Shown here piece by piece: positions 25,205-37,770 of a DNA stretch of 64,000 nucleotides. A program made the translations under genes and the position numbers. This DNA comes from Takakia lepidozioides (taxonomy: Eukaryota; Plantae; Bryophyta), in the NCBI GenBank assembly GCA_030704615.1, contig CM060732.1:62186001-62250000 (forward strand), written 5' to 3'. Under the pieces are notes generated by a model. The model worked only from the letters and a program-made list of their open reading frames with translations. It searched no databases and had not been told where the DNA came from. The first letter of the stretch is position 1. Each line of letters begins with the position of its first letter.

Positions 25205-26850
25205 TATCTTCTCATATATTTGAATCTGGCCTTAGGTTTTTGGTAGGTACCATTGATAGAAGATTCCAAGGAGACAACTACGTTCACGTGTAAGTATAGC
25301 ACGTTTAAGTGTGAAGCAATGTCGTTTGGTCTCTGCAACGTTGTGGCCATCTTTCAGAGATTAATGGATGTTGTACTTGACAATCTAAGGTGGGAATGTG
25401 CACTAGTTTACATTGAATATGATATCAATGTATATTCTGCAGACTTTGATTCTAACTTTATTTAACGGGTGTTGTGCCAACTTAGGGTTCCATGTAGGGA
25501 ATTCCAAAAAGGCCTTGATGTGAAATGCATCGCAATTCACTTGATCACCCCCTAAAAGTGCGCAATTCAATTGAATTGCAAGGGCAATTCAATTGAACTA
25601 ACCCTAATTTGCAATTCAATTGAATTGTCAACTAGCAATTCAATTGAATTACCAATTCGCAATTCAATTGTATCGCTAGTTGGCAATTCAATTGAATTGC
25701 TGACTACAATTCAATTGAATTGTAATCTATAATTTTTAACTTATTTCTGTATATAATATTTATTTATTTATTTATTTTAAATTATACATATATACATACA
25801 CAGGTATAAGCTAAAAATACATGTTGCCCGTCTATTCTTGCTGTCCGTCTGTCAATCCTTTGCCCGTGGTAAGGCTTGAGCCCAAGATAAGCCTAAGGGA
25901 GAGCGAGAGAGAGAGAGGAAGTCACGAAGCGCTTGTAAAAGCGGGATTGTCTCTCTTTGTGGATGTTGGTGCCAATATATGGCTATGTACATATACCAAA
26001 CATGATACCAATGTAAGAGTATCAACGTGTAAGAGTTTGATATATTAAACTTATATGGAACACACATCCCAACTTCAACATGATACCTTTGTAAGGGTAT
26101 CTCAAATTTTGATAATTCTCAAGATGAACATATTTTTTGTTTTCTTTGTCCTGGGCCAGATACTAGTGTTAGGGGACTACATGGTGATGCAGGGGAAGCC
26201 TTTCATCAATTGTCAGGTTTGATTTTGTCTGTTTTTTTCGGAGCCAACCATGTTTCTTTTGCCAGTGAATCACAGGAAGCTGCTAATCTGTCTCCGTCTC
26301 TGGCTCTCCCTTTCTCGCTGAGGCTGAGGGTGGCTTCACAACTCCACAATTTCCTCAAGGGCACAAGAAAGAGGGGCAGCAAGAATAGATGGGCAACATG
26401 TATTTTTAGCTTATACTCTTATATGTGTATAAATATAATTTGAATATATACATGTACATATATATTTTATATTATATACAAAAATAAGTTAAAAATTATA
26501 GATTACAATTCAATTCAATTGTAGTCAGCAATTCAATTGAATTGCAAGTTGACAATTCAATTGAATCGTGTGCCGACAATTCAATTGAATTGCAAATTAG
26601 GGTTAGTTCAATTGAATTGCCCTTGCAATTCAATTGAATTGCGCACTTTTAGGGGGTGATCAAGTGAATTGCGATGCATTTCACATCAAGGCCTTTTTGG
26701 AATTCCCTATTCCATGTCTAAAGGTGAAAGCCAAGAATTGTGACTTATGTATGGCTAAACTACGGTTTCCAGGTCATGTCTTTTGTGGTGAAGGGTTTAA
26801 GCCTAACCTCACTAAAATCTAGGTTGCGTGGAACTTCCCACTCCCTCGTG
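25205..26850 (+). mobile_element. Ty3/Gypsy reverse transcriptase relic, split by the foldback element
   Basis: GFW*VP...TTFTC...MSFGLCN...FQRLMDVVL...ALVYI (25235-25460) resumes after the insertion as LKVKAKNC...LRFPGHV (26718-26790). Confidence 0.8.
25495..26709. mobile_element. Non-autonomous foldback-type TIR element with ~350-bp TIRs
   Basis: TAGGGAATTCCAAAAAGGCCTTG... and its reverse complement at the right end; TIRs contain arrays of the palindrome CAATTCAATTGAATTG; TTCCATG duplicated on both flanks. Confidence 0.92.
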
Positions 26851-26879
26851 ACAAACACTTGGTTTATGTTTTTCTTGGC

Positions 26880-29235
26880 TTGGCTTCATATTATCGCAGG
26901 TTTATATCGGGTATTACTTTTTTTAATACCAACCGGGTCTTGGTATTGAAAAGAAATTATTTTTCAATACCAGCCGGTTCCATAGTATTGGAGGATCACT
27001 TAATTTTAATATCCGTCGGTTATCAATAGTAGTATGATTTTTTATTTGCGGGTGTGTATCAATAGGATGGGTATTCCAATCATAATACTAGCTAGTTATA
27101 AACCCGGATATATATATTAAAATTAAAATTAAAATCACCAATAAATCATTAATATGTCTTTTATTAAATTTAGAAACATACTTGATTTCACAAAGAAATT
27201 GAATATTCTGTTGTAAAATTCAGACTTTGCATTATATAATATTGTTGCTGATTTTAGTATGCAAGTGAAGCAAGCTTAATTAAAAGAAAACTGATTGCAA
27301 GCCTCGTCGTCAAACATGCCAACATCTGCAAAGAGGTCCTCATATTTGATGTTCAATGTTCATCAATCATATTGTCTTCCGACAGAAAACCTTGATCCAT
27401 TGCTCAACCACCTTGCAATCCATCCGCACATCATCCGGCCAATTCTTTAAAATTAGCATCAATGCGTCAAGGTTGTCAATGTCAAGTCGACATCGTCACA
27501 TACTACTAATGAGTCCAGCAATGCTAACGATTTGTTCGGTCTCTATTTGCGAATCCACAATCCCAAAAATTGCTCTAGCAAAGAAACTGATGCTCGGAAA
27601 TTAAACCTCGTGAACCTTCCACCACCCAAGGAGACATTTACATTCATCAATATTGACATCTATCCGACGGAACAACAATAATTCAGATTTGAGAAACCAA
27701 TTGTGGCTTTTTCATTTGAGGTGGTTGATCCAAATAAAGAATCTTCAAAAGACACATCTTGTAAAAAGAGAGTATGATGTTGACCCGGATTCAAGCGCTT
27801 AAAGATGTTGGTCAAAAGTGGAAATGGCAACCACATGTGTACCGCTAGATGTCCCTGCCCACATAATCAATAATCAATGATAGGCCCTTGTATCGGGGAT
27901 CAAGCATGAGGGCCAACATATTGTGTGCCTTATCCGCTGAAATGAAACTATAAATGACAAAAATGGTTGTATCATGGAAACAATCAGTTAGCCTACATGC
28001 AGACAGATAAAATATCCAACTTAGAATCAAAATCCCCAAGTTAGCAATTAGGGTTCATATTGGTCATTTGCGTGAAATTTCATTGCATCGTCATAGACAA
28101 AGAAATTGTTGCAGCAAGTGCATCAGAAAGTAGTCAATATCCCCGCGATTGATTCATAATACATTGATGAACCACCAAGGTCAGGGCTTCAGCTTTGTAG
28201 CTATATCCCATCTGGCAAGTTGGGCGGCGCCGCACTCACAAATTTGCCAGCTTGTGGGCTCGGTACAGGTGATTGGAGTGTCAAGCTTTGCCGCCCATAA
28301 TAAAGGTTTATTGCATCACGGTATTCCAATGTCTCTTGAAATAAAATCATCTTCGACGCAAAATCTGGTCTTCACGGATGTTTTGAGTTTCGGAGGTGAC
28401 AGCCCTGCGTCTATGCATGCCTTCGCCCATTCCCGTTGACCCTTTCCAGATTTCTTGGTCCAAGCAATTGTTGTTTGAAGAACAACCTGGGCATCTTTCA
28501 AAAAAAAAAAAAAAAAAAGACTCCGACCAAAGCCAACGACGTGACTAAGAGCTCGTGAAAAATCTCGAGTCTTCTATCGTGCGAGGGTAAATTGGATGCT
28601 GGTATGACAGACATTACTACAATAAACTGGAACTAAAAATAAGATGAAAAATTGTACCGGAGACTCGCACCGCCTGCCGCCATCGCCATTGGTAAACAAA
28701 TGCGGCGATTCTGGTCCTTGCAAGCGCGCTCTCCTTTCGTAGGAGCTCAATAACCGTCACTGCACCCGAAACCGACATCATCTACCGTTGGATTACATTT
28801 CACTCCATGAAATCTACAAAATCCATAGATAATGTCGAATTCATGTACAATCACGGATTGTCACCATATCTGAAACGGACATTATCTGCGATTTTTGTAT
28901 ATTTTATGCAGCGAAATGTAATCATCCGCTAGATGATATTGGTTTTGCGTACAGTGACGATTTGGATATGCACATCTTACGGTGTTCAAACCCTAGCTCA
29001 TCATTATGCTCCCCCATAACTGGTTGAGTATGTATCTACTAACGACTGGCTCACTGGACGCTTGTTACAGACAGTAACATGCGACCCTCACAAAATTTGA
29101 TAACCTTCTTGTGCATGGATGTAAAGTATCGATAACCGAGCTGGACATGGATGTAAAAAAATCGATAATTGGGTTGCGCATGGATGACTGTCACTCTCTC
29201 GATGTTTCGAAAACCCGGTTATGTCCGGTTACCTA
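26880..29235 (-). mobile_element. Degenerate hAT transposon (transposase pseudogene); boundaries approximate
   Basis: Minus strand encodes TIAWTKKSGKGQREW...LKTSVKTRF, AHNMLALMLDPRYK and the dimerization domain WWKVHE..FP...ARAIFGI..SQIETE...NLDAL....KNWPDD, with stops; subterminal repeats at 26900-27110 and 29110-29235. Confidence 0.85.
28755..28959. repeat. ~205-bp imperfect palindrome
   Basis: CGTCACTGCACCCGAAACCGACATCATCTAC...GATTACATTTC...AGATAATGTC pairs with GACATTATCT...GAAATGTAATC...TAGATGATATTGGTTTTGCGTACAGTGACG; centre ACAATC-ACG-GATTGT. Confidence 0.85.
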
Positions 29236-30280
29236 GTCCATTATGTTGCAGTATCCATCCACTTCCTCTGCGCCTTTTGTTTCTCGAGCCCTCCGACTTT
29301 TTTCCTCGTACTCGCTTCTCTTCTTTTCTTGCTGCATGTTCTTACTTTACGTCCGGCATGTCCACTTCCACGCACGTCCCCACCCAGTTAATTGGTAGCA
29401 GCTTGTGAGTTTATTTTTGCTTAGTTACAGTACTTGTGTAGGTGACATTTCATGTTTCCGACTCTCCGAGGTTGCGGGGTTTTTAAAGTCTGCTTCTGCT
29501 TCTGGAGAGGAAATCAAGGTGATTTGAGGCGCGGAGGTGCACTTGAGGTGCGCAACATTATTTCTTTGTTTCTGGATTCATGTTTGTGGTTTGTAGAATA
29601 AGGTAGGGCTTATTTTCTTGTACAAGTTTGCTGATGGTAGGTCTCGTTCTGTATTGGGGTTTGTTGTTTGCAACAGAGGTTTAGGGCTAGAGTTTAGGGT
29701 GAGAGTTTAGGGCTATTAGGATTTTAGGGTTTACAAGTATGGGTTTTGCTTGCTTTGCGATAGCGGTTGGGGTTTGGAGAGACCACGAAAGAAGAAAATT
29801 CGCAAACGTTGATGAAATTTTGATTGTTGCTTACAGAAATGCCTCTGAGGGACTACTTAGAGGTGGCTACTGCGCAGCTATGCAATGACATTGTTCTCAA
29901 AGCTGGTGGTCGCATTGAGAAGGACAAGCTTTGGAGCCAGTGTGTGCATGGACATGATGTTATTGATGTACATAAGAGCCTGCATATGTGTGTCAAGATT
30001 CTGTTGTTAATCGGCCAAGCGTTGACAAATGATCGAGATAGACTTCAAATGAAGATGAAGAAGGCTGTGGCCAGAATTGAGGAGCACATATTGCCTCATA
30101 GTTCACACGGTGAAGAAACAATGTCTCAGATTAAGGATGACATTGAGAGTTTCTTAAAGGACAACGGTCTCCAACCCACCATCAACCAGCAAAAGCAGTT
30201 GTTCCAACTTTGAAACCGGGAGCAGAAACTTCGAAATTGAACATCTTCATGTCTGCCTATGTTGTTTCGATGAGGATGCC

Positions 30281-31100
30281 CACTACAGGAAAAGGGGTGG
30301 GGGGGGGGGGGGGGGGGTTTCGACGCCAGGGCCACGCCGCAATGTCGGGCAGGGGGGAGGAACCAAATTTGCGACGTCCGAGGGTTACAAGCCCGTCGCA
30401 AGGGCGTCACCAAAAAAACGTCGCAAATTTACGACCAAAGGGGGTCGCAAAAAAGCGAAACCGCGTTTTGCGACGCCTGGGCGTCGCAAAAAAAAAAACC
30501 CTACTCTGCATTGCAGAATTAGCACCGTCCGAGGGTCGCAAAGTGCGATATCCGGACGTCGCAATTTAAGGGGGTACATTCGAATTTAGGCGGGAAAATT
30601 TGAATTTCAAAAATTTGTTGACCATTGACTCCGGCGTTGACCATTGACTCCAGTTTTGTCTAATGGAGATATGTTCATTGATTTACATATATCATGCAAT
30701 GCATACTTGAACGTAAGACCTCCACGTTATAACAATTCTAAGACACTGCAGACTAACCAACACACATGCGCTACATCTATGTATCACAAAAACAATCTAA
30801 TTATATATATATATATATATATATGAAGATTTATTTCAAGTTCCTTCTAAGGGGGTCCCTCTTGTGACGCCTGGGAGTTGCAACCTCCACAACCTTAGTG
30901 CCCAGCCCCAGCCCCAGCCCCAACGTCGTCGTCGTTGTTGCACCCCCCCCACCGCCAGACACCCCAAGCAACGTCCTTAGACTACAATATCATTGCGACC
31001 CCCTGTGGCGATGCCGTTGCGACCCCCTGGCGTCGCAACGTTGACCGTCCCAGCGCGGGGCGCCCCAACGAGACTTTTGTGAAGTTGAGGGCCGCAAAGC

Positions 31101-31144
<44 letters not shown>

Positions 31145-31437
31145 ATTGTGGTGATGTTGTTGCAATGTCTTGGCGTCACAGATGCGCTGGGGCGCCCTCA
31201 GTGACTTTTTGAGACACCGGGGCGTCGCAAGAAAAAATATCTGTCATAGCGAGGGCCCTCTTTCCGCCTTCATGCCACCTTGCAATGGCTGGGCGTCGCA
31301 ATGGTGTCGCAGCGGGGGATTGCGACGCCAAGGGCGTCGCAAAAAAAGCGCCGCGGGCTCGGCGTCGTGGGCTTAGCGCCGCGTGGGGCGTGGGGGCGCG
31401 GCTGGCGTCGCAAAACCCCCCCCCATTTGATGTAGTG
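30281..31437. mobile_element. Non-autonomous CACTA (EnSpm) element
   Basis: Termini CACTACAGGAAAAGGGG / CCCCATTTGATGTAGTG; many GCGAC(G)/(C)GTCGC subterminal repeats; internal (TA)n and poly-A; flanks GCC/CAA do not form a perfect 3-bp TSD. Confidence 0.88.
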
Positions 31438-32303
31438 CAAAACTTATTTCTACATCTATTGACGGCTGTCTACCATCGTCAAACATATCCTGCACCACCA
31501 CATGAGGTGTCTTTTGAGGATTCGTCTCCTGATGTCCTAGATGAGGAGTTTGATGGTGTTTGTGACACGAATCGGTCTTTTCAAGGATTCAACGTTTCGG
31601 GTGAAACGATCTCTTTTGTTTCCAGGCCTCTTGATGACAACATAAAAACGGTTACACCAGTTTCTGAACATGGTACCAATGCTCTTATCATAGTTGAGGT
31701 AACTAGCCAAGGTGGTCAAATGTTCAAAAAATTAGCTCAGCTGGAATAAGACCTCGAGTATGCTCGAATCCAGACAAAACTGAATTGTATTCAAGAAATT
31801 CATGAAGTATATTCCATCTCTTTGGAGGATATTGCAATCAATTTCAGTACGTATCAAGTCATGTGAACGAACCAGAAAGACAGATTCCTTCAAATTTTGT
31901 AATGTTAATTCTGCCTAAACAAGAGATATCAGAATACCTTTGTTAAACCGTTTGAAGCTTGACAGAAGTGGCGACCTATCTATGTTTGAGCTATCTTGCA
32001 TCAGTCTTTTTCATTTATGTTATTTGTGGTTTACTTGATGTTTGTGTCACATATCAATCATTTGTTATTTGACTCGGTTGTTTGTTTCATAGGTGGTGGC
32101 ATTTGCGGGTATCAACACGACGCAGATTCATTACTACGGGGATTACTATGATTTTATGTTTGGTAAGATGGTTATCTCTTGTTTTCCAGAGTATTTTCCC
32201 CGGCTTTATCACATGACGGTCCTACTGGAGGACTTTTTTTCTTCTGCAGCAATCATAAGTGATTCTATTTCCATTCTATTTCCAGCTACTTAGATGTTTT
32301 ATA

Positions 32304-32381
32304 AGTTGAAATTGCATTATACACTAGTTCTTTGCATTCACTAGTTGAAATTGCATTGTACATTAGTTCTTTGCATTCACT
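32304..32381. repeat. 39-bp tandem duplication
   Basis: AGTTGAAATTGCATT(A/G)TACA(C/T)TAGTTCTTTGCATTCACT x2. Confidence 0.85.
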
Positions 32382-32382
32382 A

Positions 32383-32591
32383 CTTTGATTATCCCTAATA
32401 GTGAAGGCGGGTTTATGATGCGGGTGGGTAATTAGTGAAGGTGATACTGAATTTCATTGTGATGTAAAATTAACGTGATATGAAGATTTCAGCCACTCAG
32501 TAAAAATTTCAGCCCTTACTAATTTTGAAATTTGCAAAATAGTGTGTGCTTTTGGAATTAGTGTCACACGCACTATTAGGGATAATTAGTG
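32383..32591. mobile_element. Tc1/mariner-type MITE
   Basis: TIR core ATTATCCCTAATAGTG / CACTATTAGGGATAAT; TA on both sides; the empty site restores the CACTAGTTCTT unit of the adjacent tandem repeat. Confidence 0.8.
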
Positions 32592-34689
32592 TAGTTCTTG
32601 CATTTACCTACATTTGATTTTGATTATGCAGGTCGTCCTAAGTTCAACGTTCAAACAATAGCTTGGAGCTTGCCGAAGCTTGATTTCTGATGTGAAGGAG
32701 ATCCTTGGAGAGTTGATGAAGGTTAAGAGACAACAAGATATGAACTATACTACCTTGACGAAGGTGCAAAACTGGAACTATATTACCTTGGGAGTTATTG
32801 TTATAGGTTTCTTGGCAATATTACAGTTAAGAAAGTAACCACTAGGAGGCCTTATTAGCTTGCCCATCACTAGTTCATGAGTATTTACAACTAGTCTTAG
32901 AAACATGAATGGCTCAATTGTTGCCTTCTCCCACATGTAAATGTTACATTTTTCAAGTAAAGAGAATGCTATCAGGCATTGCAATTTTTTCCCTGAAATA
33001 ACATTTTGCAAGTATAGTGTACATCCTTGTTCCTCGGATGGCATTTTGATGGGTGTAGGAGTTGCGACGGGTTTTTGCTGCCAAGGACGTGATGGGGAAC
33101 ATGCTTTGTGGCGTTGCACTCCAATTCTCCAAGCCTTTTTTTTATCAACGACTCCATAACAGTATAGTTCGTAGATTTGAGTCTAAAAGCTGCTCATCTC
33201 CATTCTTGAGTGCGATAAACTTTCATTGGTGAATAGATTCCTTTCATCTGCTGATACTCAAGTCTTATGGAGGCTCTAAAGCCCTCAGAACTTAGTAGTA
33301 ATTTGAGTAGCCTTACCTGGTGCCTTCATTCAGTTAAACCCGTGAAGTGGAATAATGCACTAAGAAGAAATTGTGTGGAACATGTAGCTCATTCATGAAA
33401 GTGGATTCATTTTGGATTCATTTACACTTGATGTAAGTATCTCATTGCCTCCACTTGCGGAGGGCCCAATATTTATATTATGTTATTTAAACAACAGAAG
33501 ACTCTACAGAAAAGCCTGAAGTCTTATTACTCATGTCACGGTGATTAATGTCAAGGATAATTAATTGAAAGTTCTAAAACTGATATTAAAATAAAGCTCA
33601 AAGTTTCAGACACAGGGATGGCAGATGCAATATTGCATTCATTCAAGGAGCTTGGGAGGCTGGGTAAATATGTAATGTTCATAATGTTGTTGTGCAAGTT
33701 ATATAACTTCAAAACATCTTGTTAACGTGAATCATATTGTTGTTGTGATGCTCGACTAGTGTGCTTTGTGTAGGAGAATAATGTGTACTTATTTTGTACA
33801 ACATGACAGCAACCGACATTGAGTCTAACATGAGTCTAACAAATCTAAGTTCCTCATTCTAGCAACTCTCCAAACTGGCCTACCATAAGTTACCACAATC
33901 TCCTAATGGTCCACAATTCATCATTCACTCAACATTGACCACTCGATTGCTAATTTTGTATAACTTAATAAGCTCGTACTTTAGAAACTATATAATTTCT
34001 GAATTAGCTCTTAATATCATGGGCAAGCTCCTTAATAATGTTAAATACCTGTTGTTTGAACAATAGAAGAGAGATCATAGGCCCATTTTCTATGTCGTGT
34101 AGAGGCTGAATGATGTTGGTTTGAAAGTACTGGAAATCTACATTGACATATATATGTTGTTTTAACCTGCAAAGTGCAAAGATCAAACACAGGGCCGGAT
34201 GCATAAATGATAATGCATTGCTCACAACTTGCACAACTTGCAAAACTTAACTGCCAATGTGTCCCTCTTCTTCGCAAGTAATGTTTCCCAAAGATAAAAC
34301 CAAGGGATAGCCACTGACCTTTCCATTGTTTGAGTGATGTCTAATCACTATAGAATATTAGAGGGGCTATGATCCCACCCAGCCAACCAATGTAGCCTTG
34401 CATAAATCGCCACCAATTGCAAGTGCTTGGGACAGAGAGTATGAAGGTTGTCTTGTACTAGATGATGGAACCAACGATGGTGGACCCAGGTCAAAACCCT
34501 CACTATTGGCACGGGCTGAAAAAAAATGTGGAAACAGCTACTGAACCAAATACTTCAGCCCTTGAAGGAGCTAAGCTTCAAGTAACATTCTATTAAACAT
34601 GATATGTCGTCAATAATATTTATTGAACTGATTTCCACATAATTTAGAAACTATTGGTGACAATGACGATTCATATCTCAATTGTGCAT

Positions 34690-37600
34690 GTGCAGAGGAA
34701 CTATCATGATTAATCCCCATGGGGTTGAGCACTTCGTTTTTCCGTTTTTTTTTTTGCGTATGTATACGATCATCCGGAAGGGTGCAAGGTAATTATGTTT
34801 TGATAGATAAAGTGAATTGAACGCTTTTCAAATTCCTACATGTAATATTTGCTTCTCAGACTTTGTAGCCACATTGTCTTTGACTTACTAGGGAATTGGC
34901 CCTCCACAGAAATGATATTGTAGCAAGGATATTCATTTGCCATAACTCAAACTGAAAAATCGCAGGTAGTGTGTTGAGGTTGGCTTTGATGTTGTTAATG
35001 CTATTATGTACTTCGTCTATTCACAGGTCACAGGGACCCACGATACACAACGGCCTTGTAGCTTGTGATACTATGCTACCAGTGGTTTATCAGACTGAAA
35101 TGGAGATGAAATCAGTCGTCAGCGCCATGAATGAAGCACAATCACAAGTTCAAGCCACTGAAATCTCAAAGCAGTATTCTTTACATGCAGTTGAGGTATG
35201 TGAATGTCATATTTTTTGAATAACAGATTCAATTATTTTAGTGGGTCCAACTTAGAAAAAAAATGGTAGATGCAATAGGTCAAACAACCTCTAACTTAGT
35301 AATTCTATTTGCAGTGTGCTTTGTGGGGCTTCAACGGAGGTGAGACTGAGATGGCCGGATGCCCATACAAGTGCATTCATGTCGATATTTTACATCAGTC
35401 AGATCTAGGAGTCTTTAAATATTGGTGGGCATTCTTCAAACGTCAGATAATACTCAGAGCTGGAGCCTACAAGAAATGGATCGTCGCCTCTTAAACATCA
35501 GAAGGACCTCCCGCTACCAGACATTTCGGATACCTGACACTGAAAGAGGTGGCTACTTCTGCTCAAATGCTCATTTCGCTGCCTTTGAACACTGAGCGGT
35601 GATGCAAGTCTTAAATACATCATTGAATTTCTATGTTCTATCATTTCAATTTTCGTGGAGTAGTAATACTTGATGTGCAATAGTCGTTCAATCTAAATTT
35701 GCATGGCTTTTGATGGTCACAACTTGTTTGATGGCAGGTTATTGTTGCATGTATGGTGGGTCTCTTTGCGGACAAGTATATCACAACCATCATGAAATTT
35801 CTTGAGTGATACAAGTTAGCGTGCCCATATACGTGAATATTCTGAATCTAAATTATCAGAAATGGATGCACGTATGCACCAGTAAGACCTCCCTCACACA
35901 GTAGTAGTTTGAATAATCTGATTATCCCATACAATCGCGTATGAAGTTCATCATCACTCAAGAAACCCACTAGTTCATCAAGCTTTTCGATCTCAGGAGG
36001 ATTGAACTTACGCCGCTTCAAAATAGGGCTACTCATCGATTCCAGTGGATGCTTCCCTCGCATGTCCAATATTCCCTTCTCAGAATCAACGTCCGATATT
36101 CCAAGCTCGTCACTTAGAAAGTTCTGTTAATAGCCCACAACATTAGCCCGTGTATCAAACTCATAAGACCAGACAATCAAATCGTCCATCCAAAAGAGCG
36201 TCCAGCTTTCACCAAGGTCTATCAACATAGCCACTAGTTTCAAGTCTTTTGAAGCAACATTCGTCAATGCTAAGCGCAATCCTGAGCAGGTTTAGGATTT
36301 AAACTCCTGTCAGACACTCCTGTCTGATATCTGACAATTCACTTCGTACATGGATTGTGATGCAGAATTTGTATTCGGATTGTAGATGTACACTCCATAT
36401 TTTTAGTCTTCGAAGACGAGCGAAGCTGTCATGAGAGGGAGTTCACCTGACAGTGTGCTCACCATGAATATCAGTAGACTCATCAGATTGACAACAACTT
36501 TGTAGGAAAGAGAGGGCATCGTCAGTATGGTTTCAGATGTACTAGTGCAAGAAATCTCTCTACCCTAGAATGCTCAGTATGCTTATTTTAGGGATTCTAC
36601 GTATTTATCTAGTTATATACAAATTTCAGGGCCATCCTACATTTCAAGATGAGTTTGCAGGAAGCACAAAAATCTTCTTTTAACCTTGTCAAAGTCCATG
36701 CAATGAGGCACTTTAGTGACTCTATAAGACGCTCAGGATCACCTTTTGAATATAACAACAACATATACGAGCAATTATACATCAGCTTGATGAAAGCCGT
36801 GTACGAGCAACCGACGTGATTATACAGGCCAAATCTTAAAGCACAACTCAAGCTAGTTGCAGGCTTACAGGCGACGAATGAGAGAATTAAAGGCTTTTGT
36901 GGCTACGACAAAGATGGTGACTGCTCTAGATCAGGTGAAGTAAATCAAACCTCACTTTTGAAATGGAGCCTCTAAGGAGCCTCTAATCATTTGGTCAAGA
37001 CTCAAGGCATATATTGACAAATGTATTGACACATGCTGATTCATCTTTCTTCTTTGTAGGTTGCGACCATGGGTGAGAACATACTGTCTAGTACCAATGT
37101 CAACCTACGAGTTTTTTGGCTGTGTCCCGCCTTGAGTCCAATTCCTGGGACTGCGGGAGAGTTTGCTTTGGGTACTATACCAATAGAGGGTGAGGAAATT
37201 GGTCTGCTAGTATATAAGGTTATCAATAGTCTGGGTTTAGTTTTCATTCCCGTCCATGTATATCTTCAAACAATTTCGCAATTCAAAAAGGTCAAGCTGA
37301 GAGGTAAATGCATTGCAAGGGGGTGAGGTCTTGCAAGTATCTACTTCTCATGTGGTGCCTGTAGGCCCCGTAGATCGTTTTGGGAACTTACCATTGTATG
37401 CGAGAGCTTCACACGACTCTTACGGAGGCCCATACTACAGTGATGTGTCTCTTCAAATGGAAGATCTACGAAGAGAGGAGATAACTCAGTATGCACAGCT
37501 CCGACTTTTTTTTTTCGAGCATCATTCATGGATTCAACAAGTTGGAAAACCGTGCAAAGAGAATTGACGTTTATTCGATTGTACAAGGAAATACCCTACA

Positions 37601-37770
37601 ACAAGTTGAATATATTCTTGTAGAGTTGAGTTCACATGAGCATGCAAAGGCGTTTGAAACGTCCTCAAAATACGGGTCCCCGCTTTCTTGTTGTTGACAT
37701 TGCAAATATTCTTCGCGTGGTCCATGTATTGCCAAATTTCATGGAATATGACAATTTTTTCCTGAATTGA
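34690..37770 (+). mobile_element. Plavaka-type transposase pseudogene with introns
   Basis: VDILHQSDLGVFK, EMDRRL...F....FAAFEH..VMQ, FNLVKVHAMRHFSDSIRRSGS..EY....YEQLYI...K, RASH..YGGPYYSDV...YAQLRLFF, ILRVVHVLPNF; many stops and frameshifts. Confidence 0.75.
35848..36570 (-). pseudogene. Crinkler-like (REase-fold) gene relic nested in the Plavaka element
   Basis: Minus strand: LALTNVASKDLKLVAMLIDLGESWTLFW, resembling the L..A...S.....V.LLTDL...W.F.W motif of Crinkler C-terminal domains; followed by ORF 35848-36069. Confidence 0.4.

Larger units (their letters stand above)
29839..32720 (+). pseudogene. Decayed spliced gene of unknown function, probably transposon-associated
   Basis: ORF 29839-30213; a shifted frame continues across the CACTA insertion (...CFDEDA|QNLFLHLL... 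to ~31850); small AG/GT-bounded exon-like blocks at ~32093-32162 and ~32632-32721. Confidence 0.4.

Noticed and set aside
25560-25725. Regularly spaced palindromic repeats resembling a CRISPR array
   Set aside because: Spacers are only a few bp, the array is mirrored in the opposite TIR, there are no cas genes and the context is eukaryotic.
29670-29735. TTTAGGG-like repeats as interstitial telomere
   Set aside because: Only a few dispersed imperfect units, typical of telo-box-like or TE 5' regions.
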